Source of the DNA: an uncultured Bacteriovoracaceae bacterium
GTDB lineage: Bacteria > Bdellovibrionota > UBA1018
DNA length: 37,499 nucleotides
Direction of reading: 5' to 3'
NCBI GenBank assembly: GCA_964496965.1
Contig: CAZCBS010000001.1
Coordinates: 1-37,499, forward strand
Shown: piece by piece, positions 6,725-15,392 of the stretch
Layout: each line of letters begins with the position of its first letter
Numbering within the stretch: position 1 is the first letter of the stretch
Made by a program: the position numbers and the translations under genes
The notes under the pieces: model-generated
What the model saw: only the letters and a program-made list of their open reading frames with translations
Told to the model about the DNA's origin: nothing
Database searches by the model: none

Positions 6725-9061
6725 ATGACAATCTACAAAGAGGCGTTGGAATACCATGCGCGTGGTCGCAAGGGTAAGATCGAAGTCATTCCCTCCAAAC
6801 CCGTAGCGACTCAGCAGGATCTCTCCTTGGCTTATTCGCCAGGCGTGGCCGAACCCTGCCGGATGATCGCCGAAAAAGAAGAGCTGATTTACGAATACAC
6901 GGCCAAAGGAAACCTGGTGGCCGTGGTCTCCAACGGGACCGCTGTTTTGGGCCTGGGCGATATCGGTGCCGCAGCCTCGAAGCCGGTCATGGAAGGGAAG
7001 GGCGTTCTCTTTAAGAAGTTTGCCGATATCGACGTTTTCGATATCGAGCTCAACGCCAAGAATCCGGACGATGTCATTCGCGCCGTCGAGATGCTGGAGC
7101 CTACTTTCGGTGGAATCAATCTCGAGGACATCAAAGCTCCCGAGTGTTTCTACATCGAAGAAGAGCTCAAAAAGCGCCTGAAGATCCCGGTGTTTCACGA
7201 TGACCAGCACGGCACCGCCGTGATCAGCGCCGCTGCGTTTTTGAACGCGCTTGAGATCGTCGAAAAGAAAATCGAAGACGTTCGCGTCGTGTTCTGCGGC
7301 GGCGGCGCCGCGGCCATCGCTTGCGCCAATCTCTATCTCAACCTCGGAGTTCGTCGCGAAAACATCATCATGTGCGACTCCAAGGGCGTGATCTACAAAG
7401 GACGCAAAGAAGGGATGAACCCTTATAAAGAGCGCTTTGCGATCGAGACCGATAAGCGCACGATCGCTCAAGCGCTCGAAAACGCGGACGCGTTCGTCGG
7501 CGTTTCTGTCAAAGACGGAATCTCCGTCGATATGGTCAAAAAGATGGCTCGCGATCCGATCGTTTTCGCGATGGCCAATCCCGATCCTGAAGTCTTGCCA
7601 GAAGAAGTTTTGAAAGTCCGCCCCGACGCGCTCTGCGGCACGTGCCGCGCGGCCTATCGGAATAAGTTCCACAACGTCTTAGGATTTCCGTTTACCTTCC
7701 GCGGGGCGCTCGACACCCGCGCGCAAGGCATCAACGCAGAAATGAAGATGGCCGCCGTGAAGGCACTCGCGCAGCTGGCGAAAGAAGAAGTGCCGGAAGC
7801 GGTTTCTCGCGCTTACGGCGGATTACGTTTTAAGTTTGGCCGCGACTATTTGATTCCCAAGCCGTTTGATCGTCGTGTTCTTCTTTGGGTGGCTCCTGCC
7901 GTGGCCGAAGCTGCGATCCAGTCGGGCGTCGCTCGCAAAAAATTCGACATCACGCAATACCGCAACAGCCTCGAGTCTCTCTTGGGCTCAAGCTACACGG
8001 TCATGCGCGGGATCAAGAACCAGATTATCTCGGGCTCTGAGGCTGGAAAGCGCGCAACGATCGTTTTCCCGGAAGGCGAGATTCGCAAAATCTTGCGTGC
8101 GGCGAACATCGCGCGCGCGGAAGGGATTTGCGAGCCGATTCTTCTCGGCGACGATCAAATCATCATGAGCCAGATCAAGGATCTCGGGCTTGAAGAAGGG
8201 CTCAAGGGAGTGAAGATCATTCGTCCTTCAATGTCCGAGCTCCGCGAGCCATTCGCGCAAGAGTACACGCGTCGTCGCCAGCGCAAGGGAATGACCTACA
8301 ACCTGGCGCGCCAGACGATGAAGAGCAATAATCACTTCGCCGCGATGATGGTCGAGATGGGCAATGCAGACGGGTTTGTCGGCGGGATCGCGCAAAGCTA
8401 TCCTGAGACGATTCGTCCTGCGATCCAAGTGATCGGCCCAAATCCGGGCTCTCGCCTTGCAGGCATCTATATGATGATCTTCAAGCGCCGGGTCCTTTGG
8501 TTTGCCGATACCACCGTCAATATCGATCCAACGGCCGAGGAGCTTGCCGATATCGCGATTCAGACCGCGGAGCTTGCGCGTCGCTATTCGGTCGAGGAGC
8601 CAAAAGTCGCGATGCTTTCGTTCTCGAACTTTGGTTCGAACAATCATCCAAGCGCCGTGAAAAGTCGTCGCGCCGCGGAGATTGTCCGCGAACGCATGCC
8701 TCATCTCAAAATCGACGGCGAAATGCAGGCCGATACGGCAGTGACGCCGGAGATTTCAAAAGAGAGCTTCCCGTTCAACGTCGTGCCGGGCGATGCGAAC
8801 GTTTTGATCTTCCCCGATCTGCAATCGGGAAATATCGCGTACAAGCTGATGTCCCGAATGGGGCAAGCCGAAGCGATCGGACCGATCTTGGTGGGAATGA
8901 ACAAACCTGTGCACGTTCTGCAGCAGAACTGCGACGTCAACGACGTCGTCAACATGGCTGCGATCTGCGCAATGGATATCCATATGCGCCGCAAGCGCGC
9001 GGATAAAGAGCGCAACAAAGCCGCGGCTGCCGCTGCGAACGCTTCCGTGAATCGCGATTAA
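6725..9061 (+). CDS. maeB: NADP-dependent malic enzyme (malic enzyme domain fused to a phosphate-acetyltransferase-like domain)
   Basis: 778-aa ORF. It aligns by eye along its full length with the MaeB architecture: [49 protein letters not shown], and the C-terminal PTA-like ...[14 protein letters not shown]. Confidence 0.93.
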   Translation: MTIYKEALEYHARGRKGKIEVIPSKPVATQQDLSLAYSPGVAEPCRMIAEKEELIYEYTAKGNLVAVVSNGTAVLGLGDIGAAASKPVMEGKGVLFKKFADIDVFDIELNAKNPDDVIRAVEMLEPTFGGINLEDIKAPECFYIEEELKKRLKIPVFHDDQHGTAVISAAAFLNALEIVEKKIEDVRVVFCGGGAAAIACANLYLNLGVRRENIIMCDSKGVIYKGRKEGMNPYKERFAIETDKRTIAQALENADAFVGVSVKDGISVDMVKKMARDPIVFAMANPDPEVLPEEVLKVRPDALCGTCRAAYRNKFHNVLGFPFTFRGALDTRAQGINAEMKMAAVKALAQLAKEEVPEAVSRAYGGLRFKFGRDYLIPKPFDRRVLLWVAPAVAEAAIQSGVARKKFDITQYRNSLESLLGSSYTVMRGIKNQIISGSEAGKRATIVFPEGEIRKILRAANIARAEGICEPILLGDDQIIMSQIKDLGLEEGLKGVKIIRPSMSELREPFAQEYTRRRQRKGMTYNLARQTMKSNNHFAAMMVEMGNADGFVGGIAQSYPETIRPAIQVIGPNPGSRLAGIYMMIFKRRVLWFADTTVNIDPTAEELADIAIQTAELARRYSVEEPKVAMLSFSNFGSNNHPSAVKSRRAAEIVRERMPHLKIDGEMQADTAVTPEISKESFPFNVVPGDANVLIFPDLQSGNIAYKLMSRMGQAEAIGPILVGMNKPVHVLQQNCDVNDVVNMAAICAMDIHMRRKRADKERNKAAAAAANASVNRD

Positions 9062-9094
9062 ATTGACCATTCAAACTCATTTGGGAGAATAAAG

Positions 9095-9490
9095 ATGGCT
9101 ACTTCGATTAAAGATGTTTTGACTCAGAATGCCCCACAACCGATCGGCCCATATAGCCAAGCGATCGAAGCAGGAAACATGGTTTTTTGCTCCGGGCAGA
9201 TTCCGCTTCATCCTGAGACCGGCGCGATTGTCGGCACCGAAGTCGAAGCTCAGACGGAGCAGGTGATGAAGAACGTGCTTGCCGTTCTTGAAGCGGCAGG
9301 TACGGGTCTGGATCGCGTCGTGAAGACGACGATCTTTCTGAAATCGATGAACGACTTTCCGAAAGTAAATGCGGTCTATGGCAAGTATGTCACCGAAGCA
9401 GGCGGAATTGCTCCAGCTCGCTCGACGGTTGAAGTCGCGCGCCTTCCGAAGGATGTCTTGGTTGAGATTGAAGTTCTTGCGGTAAAATAA
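9095..9490 (+). CDS. ridA: RidA/YjgF family reactive-intermediate (enamine/imine) deaminase
   Basis: 131-aa ORF with APQPIGPYSQAI, GQIPL and RSTVEVARLPKDVLVEIE, all classic RidA signatures. Confidence 0.9.
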   Translation: MATSIKDVLTQNAPQPIGPYSQAIEAGNMVFCSGQIPLHPETGAIVGTEVEAQTEQVMKNVLAVLEAAGTGLDRVVKTTIFLKSMNDFPKVNAVYGKYVTEAGGIAPARSTVEVARLPKDVLVEIEVLAVK

Positions 9491-9510
9491 TTACCCAAAC
9501 AAGTTAAAAC

Positions 9511-9555
9511 AAAAAAAAGCGGCTCTCCTGAAAACAGGAAAGCCGCTTTTAAATT
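9511..9555. terminator. Bidirectional rho-independent terminator between ridA (+) and rpmB (-)
   Basis: Hairpin AGCGGCT-C-TCCTG-AAAA-CAGGA-A-AGCCGCT at 9518-9547. An A8 run precedes it, which is a U8 tail on the minus strand, and TTTT follows it. Confidence 0.8.
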
Positions 9556-9577
9556 TTTAAAAGCTGACTAAAAGCGA

Positions 9578-9802
9578 TTAGCTAGCGTTAGCCGTTGGCT
9601 TCCAGTTGCGCTTGACTGGGCGAACAACGACGCCGGAGCGGATGCAACGGGTGCAAGCCTTCACGGAGCGGGTCGTGCCGTTGATGACGGCTTTCATGTT
9701 CTTCAGATTTGGCAACCAGCGGGTGCGGGTCTTGATGTTGGAGTGCGAAATCTTATTGCCGCTTACCGGACCTTTATTACAAAATTCACAAAAACGGGCC
9801 AT
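9578..9802 (-). CDS. rpmB: 50S ribosomal protein L28 (Cys-containing form)
   Basis: 74-aa ORF MARFCEFCNKGPVSGNKISHSNIKTRTRWLPNLK... matches the L28 N-terminal signature. Two CxxC pairs (C5/C8, C50/C53) are present. Confidence 0.9.
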   Translation of the reverse strand: MARFCEFCNKGPVSGNKISHSNIKTRTRWLPNLKNMKAVINGTTRSVKACTRCIRSGVVVRPVKRNWKPTANAS

Positions 9803-9864
9803 GACACGAATCCTTAAATGTTTTTAAATGTTTCGGAACTAGACTTAGTCAAGAACGGCTAATT

Positions 9865-9892
9865 TTGCAAGACCGAAAACCTAGAATATGCT
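9865..9892 (+). promoter_or_regulatory. Candidate sigma-70-type promoter TTGCAA-N16-TATGCT
   Basis: Hexamers at 9865-9870 and 9887-9892, about 25 nt upstream of the 9918 start. This rests on sequence pattern only. Confidence 0.25.
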
Positions 9893-9917
9893 CTCCTACT
9901 GAATAGCAAGTGAGCCC

Positions 9918-10568
9918 ATGCGTAGAATACGAAGGATTTTAATTCATCTGACTTTTTTAGTCCTGGGGGTGGCCCTGGGGGCTCTGGCTTTGCCTTTGAT
10001 CCTGGCGGGTGAGATTTACGAGTATCAAGATACGGTCGATGGGGTGCATCTTCCGGATGTGGATGCGATTGTGTGCTTGGCGGGGGGGAGGGGCCGAATC
10101 GCTGCCGCGGGGGATCTTTGGTACCGCTACTGGGAAACCGGTCAGCAGGAAAATCCTTCGAAAAACCCACCACTTCTGTACATTTCCGGAATGGGCCCTC
10201 AATCGACCTGGCCAGTTTTTGTCCGGCAGCTTCGGGCCGGAGTGAGGCCGACGATCAAGCCCGAGCAGGTTTACCTCGAAACCGAAAGTACCAACACCGA
10301 AGCGAACGCCCTCTGGCTTGCCCGCTTTGCCGAAAAGCGGAGTCTTAAGCGCATTCTGCTCATGACCTCGCCCTATCATATGAAGCGGGCCTACTATATT
10401 TTCGACCGGACCTTAAAAAACCACGGTCTCAATATTCAGATCCATACGCTTTCCGCCCTTCAGGAACCGTTTGGCGAAGGGGAGTGGCGCGGGAGCTTGC
10501 ACGGAGTGCACGTGACCGTGGGCGAGTACATCAAATGGGTTTATTACCGCTACTTTTGGAGAATCTGA
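9918..10568 (+). CDS. DUF218 (YdcF/ElyC/SanA-like) domain membrane protein
   Basis: 216-aa ORF. N-terminal TM helix ILIHLTFLVLGVALGALALPLIL. DAIVCLAGGRGRI and TSPYHMKRA are characteristic of the DUF218 family. Confidence 0.75.
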   Translation: MRRIRRILIHLTFLVLGVALGALALPLILAGEIYEYQDTVDGVHLPDVDAIVCLAGGRGRIAAAGDLWYRYWETGQQENPSKNPPLLYISGMGPQSTWPVFVRQLRAGVRPTIKPEQVYLETESTNTEANALWLARFAEKRSLKRILLMTSPYHMKRAYYIFDRTLKNHGLNIQIHTLSALQEPFGEGEWRGSLHGVHVTVGEYIKWVYYRYFWRI

Positions 10569-10584
10569 CTTCGAGTTCGACCGA

Positions 10585-11217
10585 TTAAGGCTTCGCGAAA
10601 ACGATTCCATGGCTTTTGATTTGAGCCATGAGATCATGGACGGCCTTAGCGCGATGGGAAATCGCGTTCTTTTCGTCCGAGGTCATTTCGGCCAGGGTTT
10701 TGTTCGTGCCGGCGGGAATAAAGACCGGGTCGTAGCCAAAACCGTGGGTTCCACGAGGCTTGTCGGCAATCGTGCCTTCGAGTGTGCCCGTGGCTTGAAT
10801 CATGATTCCCTCGACCAAAAGAACGAGGGTGCAGACAAAGCGAGCGTTGCGGGTTGCGGCTCCGCGAATCTCGCTGAGCAAGAGCTCGACATTGGCCTGG
10901 TCTTGCGTGAAGCCAGCTTTTGGAGAGGCGTAGCGATGACTGCGAACGCCGGGTTTGCCGTTCAGGGCTTCCACTTCGAGGCCCGAGTCATCGGCAAGGC
11001 TGGTGTAGTGGCATCCTGCGTTTGCAAGACGAGCTTTGGCGACCGCATTTTCAAAGTAAGTGTCGTAGCGCTCGACATAGGCCAGCTTGTCGGCGTTTCG
11101 AATAAATTCGCTGGCCTGAGCAAGCTCGACCTGCGGATAAGCGGCTAAAAGAGCCTGCATTTCCTCAAATTTTTCGCGATTCAAAGAAGCCAAAACGATC
11201 TTGTTCGATAGACGCAT
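10585..11217 (-). CDS. rdgB: RdgB/HAM1 family non-canonical purine NTP pyrophosphatase
   Basis: 210-aa ORF with LASLNREKFEE, EDDSGLEV-like LADDSGLEVEALNGKPGV, and GFGYDPVFIP...LAEM, the signature motifs of dITP/XTP pyrophosphatases. Confidence 0.9.
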   Translation of the reverse strand: MRLSNKIVLASLNREKFEEMQALLAAYPQVELAQASEFIRNADKLAYVERYDTYFENAVAKARLANAGCHYTSLADDSGLEVEALNGKPGVRSHRYASPKAGFTQDQANVELLLSEIRGAATRNARFVCTLVLLVEGIMIQATGTLEGTIADKPRGTHGFGYDPVFIPAGTNKTLAEMTSDEKNAISHRAKAVHDLMAQIKSHGIVFAKP

Positions 11218-11231
11218 GTTCTCTTTGTACC

Positions 11232-12014
11232 TTATTGGTAGCTGACGTCAAACCGAAGATCGTCCGTAACGCTGATCTCGTTCGGATTGAGAGCTCCCAC
11301 TTGCACCCAGAACTTGTAAGTCGCTTGCGCCAATTCCTGAAAGTTTCCTTGTTGTGCGGCAGTGGAGCCGGGGCAGGACGAAAGATTTTGATAGCAGTCT
11401 CCCATTCCTTGCCAGCTCGCTACGCAGTTGCCTTGAAAGGAGGTTCGATAAGTGGCTTGAACCGAGAGTCGGCCTGTCAGTGGAATGCGTCCCATCGAAG
11501 TCGAGACCGAGGTCGGATCGCTTGCGCTGAGCGAGTTCACCGAGCCCGTGAGGGTATAAGTCGTGTTGATCAGGCAGGCGGAGTCGGTCCAGGCGACTTC
11601 CCAGCCTGTTTCTTCGTTAATGCTGAAAGTTTTGTTGTCAGCCGCCAAGAAAATCGGCTGATAAGCGCTCGGGTTTTGATTGGTCGGAGGATAGACAACG
11701 TATTTGCCCGAAGCCGCGTCCACAAGAAGCAGCGTGGTCGGGTCAGTAAAGTAATCGCTCACCAAGCTTGGAACCGAAGCCACGCTCATGTTGAGAACGT
11801 GATTTCCTCCGGTCGTTTGAGTCGTGCTGACGGTATAAGAAGTCGGGCGAGTCGAGTAGTACCCTGACTTACCGATGTCTTGCGTCGGGCTTTGTTCCAC
11901 ATGATTGCCGAGTCGGCATCCACTCATCGTAATGAGCAGAACCCACGAAACAATCAACGCGATCGATCCCGAATAAAAATACGATGCCCAGTATCTATCA
12001 ATGGCATCTCTCAT
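11232..12014 (-). CDS. Hypothetical lipoprotein
   Basis: The track ORF runs to 12065. However, ATG 12014 is preceded by a perfect AGGAGG 6 nt upstream and yields MRDAIDRYW...IALIVSWVLLITMSGC, a lipobox-like MSGC. The rest is Ser/Thr-rich with several Cys. Confidence 0.6.
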   Translation of the reverse strand: MRDAIDRYWASYFYSGSIALIVSWVLLITMSGCRLGNHVEQSPTQDIGKSGYYSTRPTSYTVSTTQTTGGNHVLNMSVASVPSLVSDYFTDPTTLLLVDAASGKYVVYPPTNQNPSAYQPIFLAADNKTFSINEETGWEVAWTDSACLINTTYTLTGSVNSLSASDPTSVSTSMGRIPLTGRLSVQATYRTSFQGNCVASWQGMGDCYQNLSSCPGSTAAQQGNFQELAQATYKFWVQVGALNPNEISVTDDLRFDVSYQ

Positions 12015-12095
12015 AACAGGCCTCCTTGCGGCAAACGCGCGGGGGACAATCCATTCCCACCGCATCTATAGGATCGGTAGATGGAGGCAAAACTT

Positions 12096-12156
12096 AACCA
12101 AAAGGTGGGCCCGACCTTCGGGTTCCCCACCAAAAGGAGGTGACCGCCTTTTGGTT
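12096..12156 (+). other. Structured element with mutually exclusive pairings (candidate regulatory RNA or REP-like element)
   Basis: CCTTTTGGTT (12147-12156) can pair with AACCAAAAGG (12096-12105, 10 bp) or with ACCAAAAGG (12129-12137, 9 bp). Between them lies the nested hairpin GTGGG-CCCGA-CCT-TCGGG-TTC-CCCAC (12105-12130). Confidence 0.3.
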
Positions 12157-12459
12157 GAGAGGTGCGTCAAAAGAGTGGCGATGGAGTTGCTGGATGAGGC
12201 TGCCTTCAGCAGGCGCGGGCTTTTTTCCACCCGGTTTGAAGAAGCCAGGAGCGAGCCTCGAATTATCCTTACTCAGCAGGGTTATATTTAATTTGAATCA
12301 ACTTGAGGTCGTGTCTCAAATGACACGGGATTTTACTTTTGCAGCTGTCTGCGCTTTTGACGCTCAAAGTTTTACGAGAAAGCTCTAAGTGTTGGATTTT
12401 ATGCCGTATTGATCGTGGCACGCGGAGTGAAGAATATTCGTTCAATCTCGAGAAGATCC

Positions 12460-14670
12460 ATGAAAAAAGCCCGTACTTCAATCGCAGTCTTGCTAGCGCT
12501 TTTATCGGTCCAGGTGTTCTGGATGCCGGAGCGCTATTGCTTTGCTGGCGAGACCGTCTCGACGGCTGATGCGCTGTCGTTGGGCGAACTCGAGCACGGA
12601 ATCGCGGATCGTCTCAAACGAGTAGAAGAATTTCGTTTTATCGAGCAAGAGGCGGCAAGGCTTGGTGTACGCGCTTGGCTTTTCGGAGGAACCGCGGCTG
12701 GATATGCTCATTATGTAAAATGGGATTTACAGCGGGAAAAAGGCGATAAACGGTTTCAGCCAGATCGTTTTGATTACGATTACACTAACATTTATCGATC
12801 GACCCAGGACTTAGATATCGTGATCGACGGCACTGCCGAGCAAGCGCAAGCGCTTCAGTCAGCGCTTGCGGAAAAGTACCCTCATCTTCAAGGATCAAAG
12901 ACAGCTTGGGAAGTTCGTCTCTTGACCCAAGATATGGGGGATAAGCTGGCTATTTTAAATAACCCTGATTTCATGAATCAGCATACGGATTCGAACTCGA
13001 CCGGCCTCATCGAGATCACGCGACCCAAAGCAGGCGAGTCCGTTGTCAGAGACGTCAGAGACTGGAATTCAAAACAGTCGCATTTTCTGAAAGACGTTCA
13101 TGAAGGCGCGCTTCATTATTATTTTTCTCCTCTGCATGGAACGACAAAGTTTGCGAAAGAAGGACGGAACCCACCGATTTTGTCCGCGATTCGATATCTC
13201 ACTAAAGCTTTCCAATATGAGCTTAAGCTCAGGCCAGAAGATCTTGCTCAAGTCAAAGCAGTCATCGATGAGTTCAACCCCGGGAAAGATGCCGCGAACT
13301 CTTACGTGAGTCATTGGATCGAAAAGAACGGAAAAAAACTCATCCAAAACGCGGTTAATATCGAGTACGCATGGAACACTCTCGAACAGCTTGGGCTGAG
13401 AGACAAGCTCGCTGCGATCAAAGGCGATATGCAACGCTCTGATTCGCTCGCCTGGTGGATGAATAAAGAACCCTTGCGAACGAAAGCTCTCGGTACTGGC
13501 AATGGAAAAACCGCGAGAGAACTGGGCCTAGACATTGTCGCGCATGAAACAGGTAACTTTTTTGCGTATGAAAGTATGACTCGCGCGCATACGGGGGATC
13601 CCAATGTCCTGATTTCGCGTAGCCGCGTGATCGGCGAAGTGGCGATGTATGGCGATGGTTTCTATACTAAAGCGGGTAACAAAGGGGCAAAAGGAAGCGG
13701 GCTGACGATTCGCTTTCACTTGGATCCTGATGCTCGGGAAGAAAGCGATTTCGTTCAAGTGCCCGGGAATGACTTTGTCATCGTTAAAAACAAGGCGGCG
13801 CTCAAAGTGATTCCCGAGAGTCTTCATATGGGACCCTTCGAGTATTTTCGAATGCTCGCCAATAGCGATGGCAAACCGAACAAAAGCGATCGTGGCATTT
13901 TAGAAAAGCTGAAAAGAAGAATTGGATCTAAACTTCAGACATTTTCTCCGCAAGAAGAGCGAGAGCTGTTGGATATCGTTTGGGCGGTCATTGCTGATCC
14001 TTCACGGCATGACGCTCCGATTCTGATGGAGTGGTTTGCGTTACCGATGTCCAACCGACATCCGGAAATGCTCGAAGCTCTGATCCAGAATGGAGCAGAG
14101 GTGATGGATCGATCGATCGCCCGCCTTATCCTTTCGCAGCCGCATTGGAAAGGTCATCCGGAATTGCTCGATGCTCTGATCAAGAAAGGTACGGAATTAA
14201 CGGATAAAGCGATTGCGGAATATGTCTTTTCCAAGCCGTACTGGAAGGATCACCCGGAATTGCTCGACGCTCTCATCAAGAAAGGGCTCGCTGATCCGAT
14301 GATTATATGGCTTGTGCTTCCTCACCCGCACTGGGTCGATCATCCTGAGTTTGTCGATGCTTTGATACGAAATGGGAGATTCGAGGACTGGATTGTGGAG
14401 TTTGTCCTTTCGCAGCCGCACTGGAAAGTACATCCCGAATTGGTGGAAACTCTTTTGCTGAAAGGAAATGTAGATCGAGCGTTAGCGGAGTATGCCTTTT
14501 CAAAACCGCATTGGAAGGAACATCCTGAGCTTCGACGGTTAGCGGACGGCGCCGATCCCACCGTCGAGAATCTCCGCGCTGCATTTCAGAGAGGGGAGTC
14601 CGTGAGGGTGAACGTGTCTAGTGCTGGCGCTTGCGTCGCGCAACAATTGGAGCGGCATTTGGGCAAGTAG
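12460..14670 (+). CDS. Exported multidomain protein: CCA-adding/poly(A)-polymerase-like nucleotidyltransferase motifs, unknown central region, C-terminal tandem helical repeats
   Basis: The track ORF starts at TTG 12409; ATG 12460 gives the signal-peptide-like MKKARTSIAVLLALLSVQVFW. Motifs are WLFGGTAAGYAHY, DLDIVIDG, and NPPILSAIRYLTKAFQYELKLRPED (compare DPLRILRAIRF of class-II NTases). Five and a half 30-32-aa repeats lie at the C-terminus. Hand-counted lines give about 40-48% G+C. Confidence 0.6.
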   Translation: MKKARTSIAVLLALLSVQVFWMPERYCFAGETVSTADALSLGELEHGIADRLKRVEEFRFIEQEAARLGVRAWLFGGTAAGYAHYVKWDLQREKGDKRFQPDRFDYDYTNIYRSTQDLDIVIDGTAEQAQALQSALAEKYPHLQGSKTAWEVRLLTQDMGDKLAILNNPDFMNQHTDSNSTGLIEITRPKAGESVVRDVRDWNSKQSHFLKDVHEGALHYYFSPLHGTTKFAKEGRNPPILSAIRYLTKAFQYELKLRPEDLAQVKAVIDEFNPGKDAANSYVSHWIEKNGKKLIQNAVNIEYAWNTLEQLGLRDKLAAIKGDMQRSDSLAWWMNKEPLRTKALGTGNGKTARELGLDIVAHETGNFFAYESMTRAHTGDPNVLISRSRVIGEVAMYGDGFYTKAGNKGAKGSGLTIRFHLDPDAREESDFVQVPGNDFVIVKNKAALKVIPESLHMGPFEYFRMLANSDGKPNKSDRGILEKLKRRIGSKLQTFSPQEERELLDIVWAVIADPSRHDAPILMEWFALPMSNRHPEMLEALIQNGAEVMDRSIARLILSQPHWKGHPELLDALIKKGTELTDKAIAEYVFSKPYWKDHPELLDALIKKGLADPMIIWLVLPHPHWVDHPEFVDALIRNGRFEDWIVEFVLSQPHWKVHPELVETLLLKGNVDRALAEYAFSKPHWKEHPELRRLADGADPTVENLRAAFQRGESVRVNVSSAGACVAQQLERHLGK
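14059..14545 (+). repeat. In-frame tandem coding repeats (96, 96, 90, 90, 90 bp plus a partial unit)
   Basis: Units start at 14059, 14155, 14251, 14341, 14431 and 14521. Each begins CA(T/C)CC(G/T/C)GA(A/G) and encodes HPE(L/M/F)(L/V)(D/E)AL(I/L)..G..........(S/K/H)(Q/K/P)P(H/Y)W(K/V).. Confidence 0.85.
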
Positions 14671-14682
14671 GCTCACATCGAT

Positions 14683-15336
14683 CTACCGAAGACGGAAATC
14701 AATCGGAAGCTCAAGCTTGCGAACTGAAGAAGCATCCGTTTGAAAAGCCGGAAACGGAGCCGCGGCTTGGACGGACCTGAGCGCGAGCTGGTCGAGGTCG
14801 CTGGATCCGCTGGAGCGGGAGATTTCCACGGACTGGATGGAACCGTTTGCGAGCAAGGTCAGGGCGACTTGCACTTGGCCTTGGATGCGTTTGCGCGCGA
14901 TGGCGGGGGGATAGTGGATGTGAGACTGAATGCGGGCTCGGACTTCGGAGTAGTAAGGGTCCGCGGAGTTGATCGCGATCGCTCCGGCATGTGAGTTATT
15001 TGAGGTCGAAGGGGTGGATGGTTTGTCAGTCGAGTTGCCGCTCTGTTTGCCGGCTGTGAGGTCAGGTTTGTTGCTATTTACGGAATTCGCTGGCTCGCTG
15101 GGTTGGTTCTCCCGCAAAGGCTGTGGCGCCGAGTTTTTTGGATTCGATTTGCGAATAGTGCCCCATTGAAGATCCAGAGGACCGCTGTCCATTCTTGCTG
15201 CATCGGTGAGGGCAGTAAGAGTAGGGAAGTGGTTTTGCACGATTTCATGCAGAGCGATGAATCCACCGAGATGAAGTGCGGCAGAGAGAAGAAGAAGCCT
15301 CGCGGCTCTTCGGTTCGTGATGTCAACGCCTGGCAT
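14683..15336 (-). CDS. TonB-family protein (N-terminal anchor, Pro/Ser/Asn-rich spacer, TonB C-terminal domain)
   Basis: 217-aa ORF. TM segment LLLLSAALHLGGFIAL. C-terminus YPPAIARKRIQGQVQVALTLLANGSIQSVEISRSSGSSDLDQLALRSVQAAAPFPAF fits the TonB_C pattern. Confidence 0.75.
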   Translation of the reverse strand: MPGVDITNRRAARLLLLSAALHLGGFIALHEIVQNHFPTLTALTDAARMDSGPLDLQWGTIRKSNPKNSAPQPLRENQPSEPANSVNSNKPDLTAGKQSGNSTDKPSTPSTSNNSHAGAIAINSADPYYSEVRARIQSHIHYPPAIARKRIQGQVQVALTLLANGSIQSVEISRSSGSSDLDQLALRSVQAAAPFPAFQTDASSVRKLELPIDFRLR

Positions 15337-15392
15337 GGATCACTTTTTCTTACATTCAGGCTTTTGCTCAAAGACCGCTTCGTGAACCTTGT

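Noticed and set aside
6677-7672. Long antisense ORFs opposite well-supported genes: 6677..7672 opposite maeB, 30855..31832 opposite mdh, 24872..25738 opposite thiB, 23224..23886 opposite nadA, 3356..4015 opposite the M16 peptidase, 18350..19012 opposite the 588-aa gene, 33874..34542, 11235..11867, 10609..11148.
   Set aside because: Their products are Arg/Ser/Gly-rich with no motifs. Each lies fully inside a gene whose sense-strand product has clear family signatures. These are typical shadow ORFs of G+C-rich coding DNA.
12066-12408. c-di-GMP-I (GEMM-I) riboswitch upstream of the exported protein gene, prompted by GGCAAAAC at ~12086.
   Set aside because: The tetraloop-receptor half (ACGCAAAGC) and the P1/P2 architecture are not present. 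Only a short chance-level match exists.
14059-14545. Regularly spaced 90-96-bp repeats considered as a possible CRISPR-like array.
   Set aside because: The units are contiguous with no spacers, in frame within a long ORF, and conserved at the protein level. No cas genes are present.
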